Shown here one piece after another: positions 28,500-39,318 of a DNA stretch of 43,488 nt. The number at the start of each line of letters is the position of its first letter. Positions within the stretch are counted from its first letter, which is position 1. Both the position numbers and the translations under genes were made by a program. The DNA lies in assembly GCA_038108555.1 (NCBI GenBank), contig JAYNIA010000021.1, positions 1 to 43,488 on the forward strand, in the 5' to 3' direction. Origin of the DNA: Nitrospinota bacterium (GTDB taxonomy: Bacteria > Nitrospinota > Nitrospinia > Nitrospinales > VA-1). Below the pieces are notes generated by a model. That model saw nothing but the letters and a program-made list of their open reading frames with translations. It made no database searches and had not been told where the DNA came from.

Positions 28500-28814
28500 T
28501 TATTTTGAAGTGTTATCTTTAGAAACGGGTGCTTCCTGTTTTTGCGCAGGCGCTTCTACCCCCTGAATCAAAGAACTAGATTTCTTTTTTGTGGAGAAGA
28601 CAGCTAGGGTTAAAGATGTAACCATAAACAAAATTGCAATCCCCGTAGTCAGTTTGGTAAGAAAGTTACCTGCCCCGCTACTTCCAAACATGGTTTGACT
28701 GCTCCCTGCACCAAGACCCGAACCCATAGCGGCCCCTTTACCGGCTTGCAATAGAACCGTTAATATGAGTGATAAAGCAGCAATAATGTGAATTATATTT
28801 ACAATAGTATCCAT
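28500..28814 (-). CDS. secG: Preprotein translocase subunit SecG
   Basis: [37 protein letters not shown]; two TM helices. Confidence 0.96.
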   Translation of the reverse strand: MDTIVNIIHIIAALSLILTVLLQAGKGAAMGSGLGAGSSQTMFGSSGAGNFLTKLTTGIAILFMVTSLTLAVFSTKKKSSSLIQGVEAPAQKQEAPVSKDNTSK

Positions 28815-28886
28815 AAGTATTTCAGAAAACCCTTCTAATTTATAACTTTCTTAGGCCAAAATTGATTTAAAAAAAGAGCCACGTGA

Positions 28887-29648
28887 TTATACGGATTTTG
28901 CGGTATTGATAATATCACAAAATGAATCAATATTCAGGCTGGCACCCCCAATCAAGGCCCCATCGACTTCCGGGTTCTCCAACAACCCTCTGCAATTATC
29001 AGGAGTAACACTACCTCCATACAAAATGGTTATCGGCCCCATTTCCTTACCAAATAACCTATCGACCAGGGTTTTGCGGATAAAACCATGTATTTCCTCT
29101 ACCTGACTGGCCGTGGCATTCTCCCCAGTCCCTATGGCCCATACAGGCTCATAGGCTATCGAGAGATTCTGAAGGTCCCTGGTTTTTATCCCCTCCAGTC
29201 CTTTGGAAACCTGTTTTTCAATTGTATCAAATGTATGGCCTGCCTTTCTTTGGTCTTCTGTTTCCCCCACACAAAATATTGCTCGAAGACCTTTATCCAA
29301 CGCACAGTTTATCTTTTTATTGATCAGGTCATCGGTTTCACCAAACAACTGTCTTCTTTCCGAGTGCCCCACAATAGCAAAGTCACAACCTGCATCCTTT
29401 ACCATTTCAATGGAAACTTCCCCTGTGAAGGCCCCTTTATCCTTAAAATAAAAATTTTGACAGGCAAGCCCGATTGAGGTTCCCGACAGAATTTTTCTTA
29501 CCTCGGAAAGCAAGGTGTACGAAGGAGCAAGCACCACTTTCACTTCATTAATGTTTGCTGCAAAATCCCTGACACCACAAGCAAGCTCTTCTGCCTGAGG
29601 GGCCAGCAGATTCATCTTCCAATTTCCAACAATAAGAGGCTTTTTCAT
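28887..29648 (-). CDS. tpiA: Triosephosphate isomerase
   Basis: GNWKMN, GAFTGE, GHSERR, AYEPVWAIGTG, YGGSV, GGASL. ATG at 29648 preferred. Confidence 0.97.
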   Translation of the reverse strand: MKKPLIVGNWKMNLLAPQAEELACGVRDFAANINEVKVVLAPSYTLLSEVRKILSGTSIGLACQNFYFKDKGAFTGEVSIEMVKDAGCDFAIVGHSERRQLFGETDDLINKKINCALDKGLRAIFCVGETEDQRKAGHTFDTIEKQVSKGLEGIKTRDLQNLSIAYEPVWAIGTGENATASQVEEIHGFIRKTLVDRLFGKEMGPITILYGGSVTPDNCRGLLENPEVDGALIGGASLNIDSFCDIINTAKSV

Positions 29649-29709
29649 AAAGGATTGACACTCTGGAAGTATCAAGACCAACTTGCAGATTAAAACCAGT
29701 ATTTTTACA

Positions 29710-30732
<1,023 letters not shown>

Positions 30733-30864
30733 TTACCAACTCTTTCGAAGCAAAAATTAAAATTTAAACAGGTAGGTTTTCTAAAGGAAAATCTAAGTAC
30801 TCAGAACAAATCAGGAGTAGAAAACAACAAAAAATGGGATTCCAACTACCTAAAGAATAAGGCG

Positions 30865-30893
30865 AGTATGCAAAAATTATAATTTCAAGTCAA
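30865..30893 (-). promoter_or_regulatory. Putative sigma-70 promoter of gap-tpiA
   Basis: TTGACT-N17-CATACT on the minus strand, about 135 nt upstream of the gap ATG. Confidence 0.6.
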
Positions 30894-30977
30894 CACAAAC
30901 ATAGCCCTTAAATTCAGCCAATTTGAATTTAGCAAACGGATGGGAATTCTTCAGTACCAAATCATATGATACAGTTG

Positions 30978-31766
30978 TCATTCTTCTACAGGTACAGGGT
31001 TTTTAGCAGAAAGGTTCCTGGATTCTGCTGCTGTCAGACAGGCAAACAATATATGGTCAATTTCACCATCGATTTCCAGACTGCTCTCCGACTTTCCCAC
31101 AAGTAATTTCAATTCTTTGATTAAAAGGCCTTCTTCCCTGACAGATGTCTCCAATTCGGCTTCAACCCTCTTCACCTCTTCTAAAAATCTTTTACCTTCG
31201 TCTTCCAGCATGCGAATTTTCTTTTGCGCTTCATCTTTTTTGACAAGAATCTCACCACGTGCATGCGTTAGTTCACCCCTGAGTTTTTCAATCGCATACA
31301 GTTCTCCGTCCAACCGCTTAAAACTCTTATCAAGATTTTCCAAATAATTTTTTCGTCTCTGAATCAAGAGTTCGCGCGAACCTTCCGGATCTTCACTGCT
31401 CGCCTCCGCCCCCGTTTCCCTCTGATTTTTTTCCAGAGAGCTTCCATTCAACAATTCTTCATACTTGGCCTTTATAGAATTTTCTTCGGTGTATAAATTT
31501 CCTAAATTACTGGAAATCTTGTCGATGTTCTGGTCGTAGATATCTATATTGCGCAAAAGGGTCTCCAGGTTTTCCACATTGCCATTCACCTGGTTTCCTA
31601 TAGAACTTAGTTTTGATTCCAGGGAGGCACGAAATTTCGCCTTATAATCAAGGGCTTTTTTAAACGACTCCACAACTCGGCTATATTCCCGGGCACTGGA
31701 ATTGGCTCTTTCCCGTATCGTTAAATTTTCCTGTTCAATTTCAGAATGGTTAACGGATTCTTCCAT
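30978..31766 (-). CDS. Coiled-coil hypothetical protein
   Basis: 262 aa, E/K/L-rich heptads, no TM or signal peptide. Confidence 0.75.
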   Translation of the reverse strand: MEESVNHSEIEQENLTIRERANSSAREYSRVVESFKKALDYKAKFRASLESKLSSIGNQVNGNVENLETLLRNIDIYDQNIDKISSNLGNLYTEENSIKAKYEELLNGSSLEKNQRETGAEASSEDPEGSRELLIQRRKNYLENLDKSFKRLDGELYAIEKLRGELTHARGEILVKKDEAQKKIRMLEDEGKRFLEEVKRVEAELETSVREEGLLIKELKLLVGKSESSLEIDGEIDHILFACLTAAESRNLSAKNPVPVEE

Positions 31767-31897
31767 CAGTCCACCGTTTATGGTTTCTCAAGTTTGGCTT
31801 CACAAATTATACATCAAATCTTAACTCAAATTAATCAAAAAAACATCCAAAACTGACATATTTTCAATAAGTTATAAATTTTTTGCTTGCTCAGTTT

Positions 31898-32623
31898 TCA
31901 TGTGGTTGCTGATTTTATAATTTGCATCATTCTCTTAACGGCGTTTTCCATTCCAAGATAAACGGATTGAGCCACCAAAAAATGCCCAATATTTAGTTCT
32001 TCAATTTCTGGAATGGAGGCAATTGCCTGCACATTATCGTAGTTCAACCCGTGTCCCGCAAATACCCGCAATCCTAATTTGGAGGCATGTTTCGAAGCCT
32101 GGCGAATGCGGGAAAGCTCGTTTTCTATTTCAGCCTGATCTTTAAGCTCCGAATAACACCCGGTATTTATTTCAATACTGTCCGCTTTAACTTGTTTACA
32201 GGCCTCAACCTGATTTATATCCGGGTCAACAAACAGGCTGTAGAGAATGCCTTCTCTTTTAAATACTTGTTCCAGTTCGGTGAGTTCAGAAACTTGAGAA
32301 CAAACATTGAGCCCTCCCTCAGTGGTAATTTCCTGCCTTTTTTCTGGAACTAGAGATACCTGATAAGGTTTTAACCGGACGGCCAAGTCCACCATTTCCC
32401 CAATGGCAGCCATTTCAAGATTGAGCGGGGTGTTAATATTTTTATGGATAATGTGTACATCCTCATCCTGAATATGCCGTCGATCTTCCCTTAAATGGAC
32501 CGTAATTCCATCGGCACCTGCTTCTTCAGCAATTAATGCGGCTTTTAAAGGATTGGGTTCAACCGTTTTCCTGGCCTCGCGAAGGGTGGCCACATGATCG
32601 ACGTTTACAAATAACCGAGTCAC
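31898..32623 (-). CDS. pdxJ: Pyridoxine 5'-phosphate synthase
   Basis: VNVDHVATLREAR, ITVHLREDRRHI, VPEKRQEITTEGGL, AGHGL, ELNIGH. Confidence 0.97.
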   Translation of the reverse strand: MTRLFVNVDHVATLREARKTVEPNPLKAALIAEEAGADGITVHLREDRRHIQDEDVHIIHKNINTPLNLEMAAIGEMVDLAVRLKPYQVSLVPEKRQEITTEGGLNVCSQVSELTELEQVFKREGILYSLFVDPDINQVEACKQVKADSIEINTGCYSELKDQAEIENELSRIRQASKHASKLGLRVFAGHGLNYDNVQAIASIPEIEELNIGHFLVAQSVYLGMENAVKRMMQIIKSATT

Positions 32624-33453
32624 AAATTATCTCCTTTAATAATCCTTTCAGCAGTTTTTACAGCATTTCGGGTTTCTTTCACATCATGGGTTCTAATGAT
32701 CGAAACCCCTTTTTCAACGCCAATAACTGAAGCGGCCAATGAACCTTCCAATCTATCTTCTGGCGGCAAGGCTAGTATCTCCCCGATAAAAGACTTTCTT
32801 GAAACTCCTAAAAGTATCGGCTTATCCAATTCTACAAACTTTTCCAGGTTACCTAATATTTCAAGATTATGTTTACAGGTTTTCCCGAAACCGATTCCTG
32901 GGTCAATAGCGATTTGATCCGAGCCAATTCCTGCCGCTTGAGAAATTTTTATACTTTCCTTCAAATAATCTTTCACTTCGCTAACTACATTTGTATAGCT
33001 GGGATTTTTTTGCATGGTTTGAGGCATCCCCTGCATATGCATAATAACCACTCCTGCCCCAAATCTGGATACAACATTTGCCATCTCGGGATTCTTTTGC
33101 AATCCCGTAATATCATTGATAATTCTTGCACCCGCTTGCAAAGACTCTTGAGCAACCTTCGGTTTATAAGTGTCTATGGAAATTGGGAGGTCAAAATTTT
33201 TAATCAGGCAAGATACCATGGGCAACAACCTGTCCATCTCCTCCTGTTCGGATATAGGGCTGGATCCCGGGCGGGAACTTTCGGCACCCAAATCGAGGAA
33301 GTCTGCCCCCTCGCCTACCATTTTTTCAGCGACAGTCAAAACTTCATCACTAGAACCACACCGACTTTTCTCATAAAACGAATTCGGTGTTATATTAATG
33401 ATCCCCATAAACCGGGTTTGAGATGACTTATCGGAAAAAGAAAACCGTTGCAT
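32620..33453 (-). CDS. folP: Dihydropteroate synthase
   Basis: MGIINITPNSF, GAESSRPG, SIDT, MHMQG, DPGIGFGK, GVSRKSF, RTHDV. Confidence 0.96.
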   Translation of the reverse strand: MQRFSFSDKSSQTRFMGIINITPNSFYEKSRCGSSDEVLTVAEKMVGEGADFLDLGAESSRPGSSPISEQEEMDRLLPMVSCLIKNFDLPISIDTYKPKVAQESLQAGARIINDITGLQKNPEMANVVSRFGAGVVIMHMQGMPQTMQKNPSYTNVVSEVKDYLKESIKISQAAGIGSDQIAIDPGIGFGKTCKHNLEILGNLEKFVELDKPILLGVSRKSFIGEILALPPEDRLEGSLAASVIGVEKGVSIIRTHDVKETRNAVKTAERIIKGDNL

Positions 33454-33504
33454 GGTTTTTAAAATTTATTTTTTTTAGAGTATTCGGTGCGCTCTTTCAC
33501 AAAT

Positions 33505-33544
33505 AAAAAACTCCACTCATCTTTCAAGCGATAAGTGGAGTTTT
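33505..33544 (-). terminator. Intrinsic terminator downstream of ftsH
   Basis: Hairpin AAAACTCCACT...AGTGGAGTTTT followed by a T-tract on the minus strand. Confidence 0.75.
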
Positions 33545-33573
33545 AGTATTTTAAAATTTTTTCTAACGAAAGA

Positions 33574-35496
33574 TCAGGCAGGACTTGGATCGGGCATTCC
33601 TCCACCTAACAGGCCTTCCCCGGTGTCAGATTCAGGTTTCTTTTTCTCAATAGGAATTTCCGGTTTCAAATTCTGAGTTGTTCCGGAATCTTCACTGTCG
33701 AAAATATCTTTCCCATCCAAAATATTTTTAATCTCTTTAGCGCTTAAGGTTTCGTGCTCCAGAAGAGCCTGAGCCATTTTTTCCAGTTTGTCCCTATTTT
33801 GGGTAAGAAGATCGGTTGCCTTTGTATAACCACCCATAACCAGTGTTTTAACTTCCTGGTCGATCAGCTTGGCGGTCTGGTCACTGAAATTCTTTTGGCT
33901 GGAAAAATCTTTTCCAAGAAATACCTGCTCTTCCTTGGTTCCATAGGTCAGAGGACCCATTTTTTCACTCATTCCCCATTCGCACACCATTTTTCGGGCC
34001 ATTTCAGTTGCCCGTTCGATATCATTACCGGCACCTGTGGTCATTTCACCCAAACAAATTTCCTCTGCACATCGTCCGCCCATCAAAATAGCCAGGCTGC
34101 TGATGAGATAATTTCTCTGGTAGGTATGCTGTTCATCCATAGGAAGCTGCATTGTCACACCCAACGCTCTTCCACGTGGAATGATCGTCACTTTATGAAG
34201 GGGATCCGTTCCCGGCAATAACACGGCAACGAGTGCATGACCTGCCTCATGATAGGCCGTGGTCTTTTTTTCTTTTTCGGAGATGACCATACTGCGTCTT
34301 TCAACACCCATCATGACTTTGTCCTTCGCATCTTCAAAGTCAGACATAGCCACTGCTTTTTTATCGTCCCTTGCTGCAATCAAAGCAGCTTCGTTGACCA
34401 GGTTTGCCAGGTCTGCCCCCGTAAAACCCGGGGTTCCACGGGCGATAATTTTCAAATCCACTCCCTCAACCAGAGGAACCGTAGATGTATGTACTTTCAG
34501 GATGCCTTCTCGCCCCTTCACATCCGGACGTCCCACAGTCACTTGACGGTCGAACCGACCGGGTCTAAGGAGTGCCGGGTCCAAAACATCCGGACGGTTG
34601 GTCGCAGCAATCAAAATGACGCCTTCGTTATTTTCGAATCCATCCATTTCAACCAGGAGCTGGTTAAGGGTTTGCTCTCTCTCGTCATGCCCCCCGCCTA
34701 AACCGGCACCACGATGTCTTCCCACGGCATCAATTTCATCAATGAAAATAATACAAGGACTGTTCTTTTTACCCTGATCGAAAAGGTCGCGCACACGCGA
34801 GGCACCTACCCCTACAAACATTTCCACAAAATCCGAACCACTTATACTAAAGAAAGGCACATTGGCTTCCCCGGAAATGGCTCTTGCCAAGAGGGTTTTT
34901 CCAGTACCTGGAGGCCCCACCAACAAAACTCCCTTGGGAATCTTTCCTCCCAATTTACTGAATTTTTGTGGTTCTTTTAGGAATTCGATGATTTCATGCA
35001 GTTCTTCTTTAGCTTCATCTACGCCAGCTACATCTTTGAATGTGGTTTTATTTTTGGTGTCGTTTAGTAGCCGCGCCTTACTTTTTCCAAAAGACATGGC
35101 CTTACCACCACCGGATTGCATTTGCCGCATAAAGAATATCCAAATACCCAGCAATAAGAGCATTGGAAACCAGGAGATCAGGATACTCATATACCAACTT
35201 GTCTGTTCTGGTGCGACGACCACAATGCGAACATTTTTTTGGCGAAGGGATTTGATTAAATCGGGGTCTTTAGGAGGAGCCGTGGTTTGAAAGGCTCTGC
35301 CATCCATATACTTACCACTAATATTATCGCCGCTGATGACCACCTCATTGACCTGACCCTGTTCGACCTGATCCATGAAATCGCTAAACACAACTTCAGA
35401 TTGAGGAGTTAGCGGTTGATTAAACATATTGAATAGGGCAATGAGTACAATGCCTATAACCAGCCAAAGCGCCAGATTCTTATAAAATTGATTCAA
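33574..35496 (-). CDS. ftsH: ATP-dependent zinc metalloprotease FtsH
   Basis: Two TM helices, [46 protein letters not shown] before TTG. Confidence 0.98.
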   Translation of the reverse strand: MNQFYKNLALWLVIGIVLIALFNMFNQPLTPQSEVVFSDFMDQVEQGQVNEVVISGDNISGKYMDGRAFQTTAPPKDPDLIKSLRQKNVRIVVVAPEQTSWYMSILISWFPMLLLLGIWIFFMRQMQSGGGKAMSFGKSKARLLNDTKNKTTFKDVAGVDEAKEELHEIIEFLKEPQKFSKLGGKIPKGVLLVGPPGTGKTLLARAISGEANVPFFSISGSDFVEMFVGVGASRVRDLFDQGKKNSPCIIFIDEIDAVGRHRGAGLGGGHDEREQTLNQLLVEMDGFENNEGVILIAATNRPDVLDPALLRPGRFDRQVTVGRPDVKGREGILKVHTSTVPLVEGVDLKIIARGTPGFTGADLANLVNEAALIAARDDKKAVAMSDFEDAKDKVMMGVERRSMVISEKEKKTTAYHEAGHALVAVLLPGTDPLHKVTIIPRGRALGVTMQLPMDEQHTYQRNYLISSLAILMGGRCAEEICLGEMTTGAGNDIERATEMARKMVCEWGMSEKMGPLTYGTKEEQVFLGKDFSSQKNFSDQTAKLIDQEVKTLVMGGYTKATDLLTQNRDKLEKMAQALLEHETLSAKEIKNILDGKDIFDSEDSGTTQNLKPEIPIEKKKPESDTGEGLLGGGMPDPSPA

Positions 35497-35567
35497 AATA
35501 TTCTCCTTAAATCACTGAAAAATCGTTCCTGCATATATCTATCCTACCACAATTGCCATTTTATGCT

Positions 35568-36989
35568 TCAATAATTAATTGGCTTGTCTCCCTGCACAAA
35601 AAGGATTTTTCTTGTTTTTTCAGTTACCCTGCAAAAATGTGCAATTCTTTGCCCATATACCCAAATAATATCGTCATTTTCGTTTGTCAATAAAGGGATT
35701 CGACCTCTAATTTTTTTAGGGATCTTTTTATCAATAAAAAACGACTTGAGCTTTTTTACACCTGACATTCCCAGAGGATGAAATCGGTCCCCAGGGCGAA
35801 AAAACCGGGCTTTTATCGAAAAACCGGTTTTGTCAAAGTCCAAAAACGCTTGCATTTTTGAGTTTAGCGATGAAAACTCCCTTTTTACGTCTAAAATTTG
35901 CGCCTGCACCCGGATTTCGCCTTCAGCCAGTTCTGTCATGCCAGGAATTAAAATAGGTGTCGAATTTGGTTGATTCTCCTCAATATCCTTTAGCCGATCA
36001 TCAGGGTTTCGCTCAAATTGAATGGACTCGTAACCACAGGTCACAAGAATATTTCCGGGAATATTGAGTACTTTGCCAACTTTTGGGTTTTCATAAAGGT
36101 CCATCACCCCTTTAACGTGATGTGCCGTCAGCCCCACCCTCTTACCAGTAATATGAAAAAAGATTTCTCGCACCAACCTTTGTCTAAGAGCAAAGGGGTT
36201 GGACATAAAATTTTCAATATTCCAACTAATTGTTGATCCATCTGCATTCTGGTTTTTTAGATTTTTCTCAAAAATTTCCTGGGTCATCCGGTCTAATAGA
36301 GCATCGTCCTCCCCAACAATCCGCGACATCTCGTTCAAATTGTTTTTGATATTGGGATTATAAGATTCCAGGTTGGGGATCAGTTCGTTTCGGACTCGAT
36401 TTCGCAGGTATTTATTATCCTGATTTGAGGAATCAACACGGAAAGCATAATCTTTATCTTTGAGGAAAGATTCAATTTCCCTCCTAGAAATTTCCAATAA
36501 TGGCCGGATGATACTCCCCCGGGTCTGCGTAATCCCAGTCAATCCTTTCAGCCCGGTCCCTCTAACAAAATTCATAAGAATGGTTTCTACCTGATCATCT
36601 GCTGTATGGCCCACGGCAATTTTATTTCCACCCACCAAACTTAAAGTTTCCTCAAGGAATTGATAACGAATTAATCTGGCCGCTTCCTGAAAAGATAGTT
36701 TTAATTGAAGCCGCTTTTCGCCAACATCAACTTCCTTGAGGTAAAAAGGTAACCCAAGTATATCCGCAACACTTTTTACAAACTCGGCATCCTTATAGGA
36801 ATCTTCCCCTCTTGTCAGGTGATTTACGTGGGCAACAACAACACCGTAATTTTTGGAATCAGAAAAATGATTTAGGACGTATAGAAGAGCGATAGAATCA
36901 GCGCCTCCGGAAACACCCGCAACAACCTTGTCTCCCGGAGAGATCAAAGTATCTAAGATTTTATCTGCTTTTTTGAGAAAATTATCCAT
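35568..36989 (-). CDS. tilS: tRNA(Ile)-lysidine synthetase
   Basis: PP-loop SGGADS, GHTADDQVET, IRPLL, DSSN, RNRVR, C-terminal TilS domain. Confidence 0.96.
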   Translation of the reverse strand: MDNFLKKADKILDTLISPGDKVVAGVSGGADSIALLYVLNHFSDSKNYGVVVAHVNHLTRGEDSYKDAEFVKSVADILGLPFYLKEVDVGEKRLQLKLSFQEAARLIRYQFLEETLSLVGGNKIAVGHTADDQVETILMNFVRGTGLKGLTGITQTRGSIIRPLLEISRREIESFLKDKDYAFRVDSSNQDNKYLRNRVRNELIPNLESYNPNIKNNLNEMSRIVGEDDALLDRMTQEIFEKNLKNQNADGSTISWNIENFMSNPFALRQRLVREIFFHITGKRVGLTAHHVKGVMDLYENPKVGKVLNIPGNILVTCGYESIQFERNPDDRLKDIEENQPNSTPILIPGMTELAEGEIRVQAQILDVKREFSSLNSKMQAFLDFDKTGFSIKARFFRPGDRFHPLGMSGVKKLKSFFIDKKIPKKIRGRIPLLTNENDDIIWVYGQRIAHFCRVTEKTRKILFVQGDKPINY

Positions 36990-37061
36990 ACACGAAAGGA
37001 AAAAAATGGATTTTGATGCAATGTTTGTGCAGGAAGGAAGATATAATCAGGAGGCTACAGC

Positions 37062-38384
37062 TTACAACTCATCTAACAACTTTTGCTTTCTTCTTTGATA
37101 TTCTGCTTCGGAAATTTTCCCCTGAGAGCGAAGCTTCTTGATTTCCTCCAGTTGTGACTCCATGTTTCCATAAGGAGAACTGGGTTGATCCGATTTTTCT
37201 ATTTTGTTTTTTTCAACAGACTTATACATCTCCTCCCATATTTTTTGCATTTTCTTTTTTTTGGCCAACTCAGCGGTTCTTTTACTTTTTTTTCTTTTCA
37301 ACTCTTTCGAAGTTGAAGAATCAAAATCGTTTTTGTTCGTTTTTTCTGATTTAAATAGTTTCGAGCTCAGATTATTTTTGGGTTTAGTGAACAACGACAC
37401 CTCAATGTATGCCGCATCTTTAAGCTCTTGCATCCAGTCATCGTAAGCTGACTTTTGTTTTTCACTTGCCAAAACTTTTCGTATTACAGGTTTGATTTCT
37501 TTTAAGGGAATGGTTCTACCCTCCTTGACTTCTTCTACTTTTATTATGTGAAACCCGTATTCAGTTTCTACAATATCGCTAACTTCGCCTTCTTTCAAAC
37601 TGTAGACTGCTTTTTCAAACTCCGGAACCATTCTTCCTTTTTCCACAAAACCCACATCGCCACCTGAACTGGCTGAAATATCTTCGGAATATTCCCGGGC
37701 AGCTTCGGCAAAATCCTTTCCACTTTTTATTTCAGCAAGAATTTCCTTACATCTTTTATATTTTTCTTTCTTGACTTTTGCCGGACTCCCTTTTTCCAGA
37801 AGAATAAGAATATGTTTTACTCGGGCCTTCCCATCCTCCCAGAATTCTTTCTGATGGTCCCTGTAATATCTTCTTATTTTCCTTTCACTTATGTTTACAC
37901 GACTGCCCAATTCAAAACTAGTAATTTTTGACACCAGGATCTGGTCTCTAATTTGATTTTTATAATTGTCAAGGGACTGACCTTCAGCCTCAAGCATTTG
38001 CGCAAGCTGCCCTTCCTGCAAACCATTTTTTGCTTCAATATTTTTAAAGGCGGAGTTTACGGCTGCATCATCCACTACAAAACCCATTTTTTTACCTTGC
38101 TGGAGTTTTAATTTATCTCCAATAATTTTCTCCAAGGCTTCATTCATCAACTCCTTTTCCTCAGGAATTGTCACCTCACCCATTGCCGCCCCTCTTCGAT
38201 ATTTTTCCTTTAAAACAAATGCTGTCTCTTCAACCGAGCTCAACGTAATTATTTCGCTATTGACCTTGGCAACAACGCGGTCAAACACCTTTGCCAATGC
38301 CAACCCTGGAGCCAAACCAACAATAAAGACCAAGCCCACTAAAAAGAATTGATTAACTGATTTTCTGGAGAGAGTCATAATCAA
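37062..38384 (-). CDS. SurA-like parvulin PPIase/chaperone with C-terminal SHOCT-like tail
   Basis: DRVVAKVNSEIIT, HILI, FAEAAREYSED...GGDVG, VPEFE, YGFHII; tail LEEIKKLRSQGKISEAEYQRRKQKLL. Confidence 0.87.
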   Translation of the reverse strand: MIMTLSRKSVNQFFLVGLVFIVGLAPGLALAKVFDRVVAKVNSEIITLSSVEETAFVLKEKYRRGAAMGEVTIPEEKELMNEALEKIIGDKLKLQQGKKMGFVVDDAAVNSAFKNIEAKNGLQEGQLAQMLEAEGQSLDNYKNQIRDQILVSKITSFELGSRVNISERKIRRYYRDHQKEFWEDGKARVKHILILLEKGSPAKVKKEKYKRCKEILAEIKSGKDFAEAAREYSEDISASSGGDVGFVEKGRMVPEFEKAVYSLKEGEVSDIVETEYGFHIIKVEEVKEGRTIPLKEIKPVIRKVLASEKQKSAYDDWMQELKDAAYIEVSLFTKPKNNLSSKLFKSEKTNKNDFDSSTSKELKRKKSKRTAELAKKKKMQKIWEEMYKSVEKNKIEKSDQPSSPYGNMESQLEEIKKLRSQGKISEAEYQRRKQKLLDEL

Positions 38385-39318
38385 TATCTATTCGTGCTTT
38401 TTGTTTTAGAGTAAGAAACCATTCCTGAAAAGCCTTATCCTGTAATTCCTGAAGAAGTATTCTTTCAATCCTACCCTTTGATTCTTCAAAACTCATTTTT
38501 CTTTCTTTTATTTTATCCACCACTTTAAAAAGATGAAATCCGTAGGGGGTACGAATTATATCACTCACCTTGTTTGTTTTTAGCTTAAAAACATCATCGA
38601 ACTCTTCCGGCATTTGCCCGGCTTCGAAGTAACCCAGGTCTCCACCTTGTGCTCCCTCAGGGCCTAAAGAAAATTCCCTGGCAAGCTCGGAAAATGATTT
38701 TTGTTTTCCCTGCAACTCCTTTTGTATTTCCCGAATTTCCTCTTCAGTCTCCACCATTATATGAAGAGCTCTTACCTGTTCCTTCTTATGGAATTTATTG
38801 TCACTTTTATTAAAATAATCTTTTAATTCCTTATCACTTATAGACACTTTACTATTCACAAGATGGTGAATCAATTTATTTGTCAAGAGCTTATTCTTTA
38901 TTGAAGCCTCCCATTCCTCCCTTGATATACCCTCCAACTCCAATGTTTTTTCCAACGCCCCTTCGATATATCCTTCTCTCGCCCGGGCTATAGCTTCATC
39001 TAATTGTTTTTGATCTATAGAAATATTATTTTTTGAAATTTCCTGCGCCAACAAGGTATTTTTAACTATTTCATCCAAAACCCGACTTTTAATCCAAGTC
39101 AACTCTTCCGGTTTCAGCTCTTGCGTATTTTGGACTCTGAAAATTTTTTTCTGTCCAAACAAAACCTTTTTAAATTGTTTTGAAGTAATTTTTTCTTCGT
39201 TGATCGTAACTATTATTTCATCATCTGCCAGAGAGCTTTGGGATGAATTGCCCTCAAAGCAGGACAGCAATAAAAAACTCGAAACCAACAACAACCAGGA
39301 CTTATTGTATAGTTTCAT
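38353..39318 (-). CDS. PrsA/PpiC-type peptidyl-prolyl isomerase lipoprotein
   Basis: Lipobox LLSC; FSELAREFS, GGDLG, MPEEF, TPYGFHLF. Confidence 0.88.
   Translation of the reverse strand: MKLYNKSWLLLVSSFLLLSCFEGNSSQSSLADDEIIVTINEEKITSKQFKKVLFGQKKIFRVQNTQELKPEELTWIKSRVLDEIVKNTLLAQEISKNNISIDQKQLDEAIARAREGYIEGALEKTLELEGISREEWEASIKNKLLTNKLIHHLVNSKVSISDKELKDYFNKSDNKFHKKEQVRALHIMVETEEEIREIQKELQGKQKSFSELAREFSLGPEGAQGGDLGYFEAGQMPEEFDDVFKLKTNKVSDIIRTPYGFHLFKVVDKIKERKMSFEESKGRIERILLQELQDKAFQEWFLTLKQKARIDIDYDSLQKIS

Noticed and set aside
29649..29709. gap-tpiA spacer as a remnant of the pgk 3' end (TG..AS..ILP.VSIL-like reading)
   Set aside because: Needs several indels within about 60 nt; cannot be told apart from chance without related genomes.
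31898..36989. Absence of hpt between tilS and ftsH, and of cdaA/glmM after folP
   Set aside because: Ordinary lineage-level variation in gene order; the genes may lie elsewhere in the genome.
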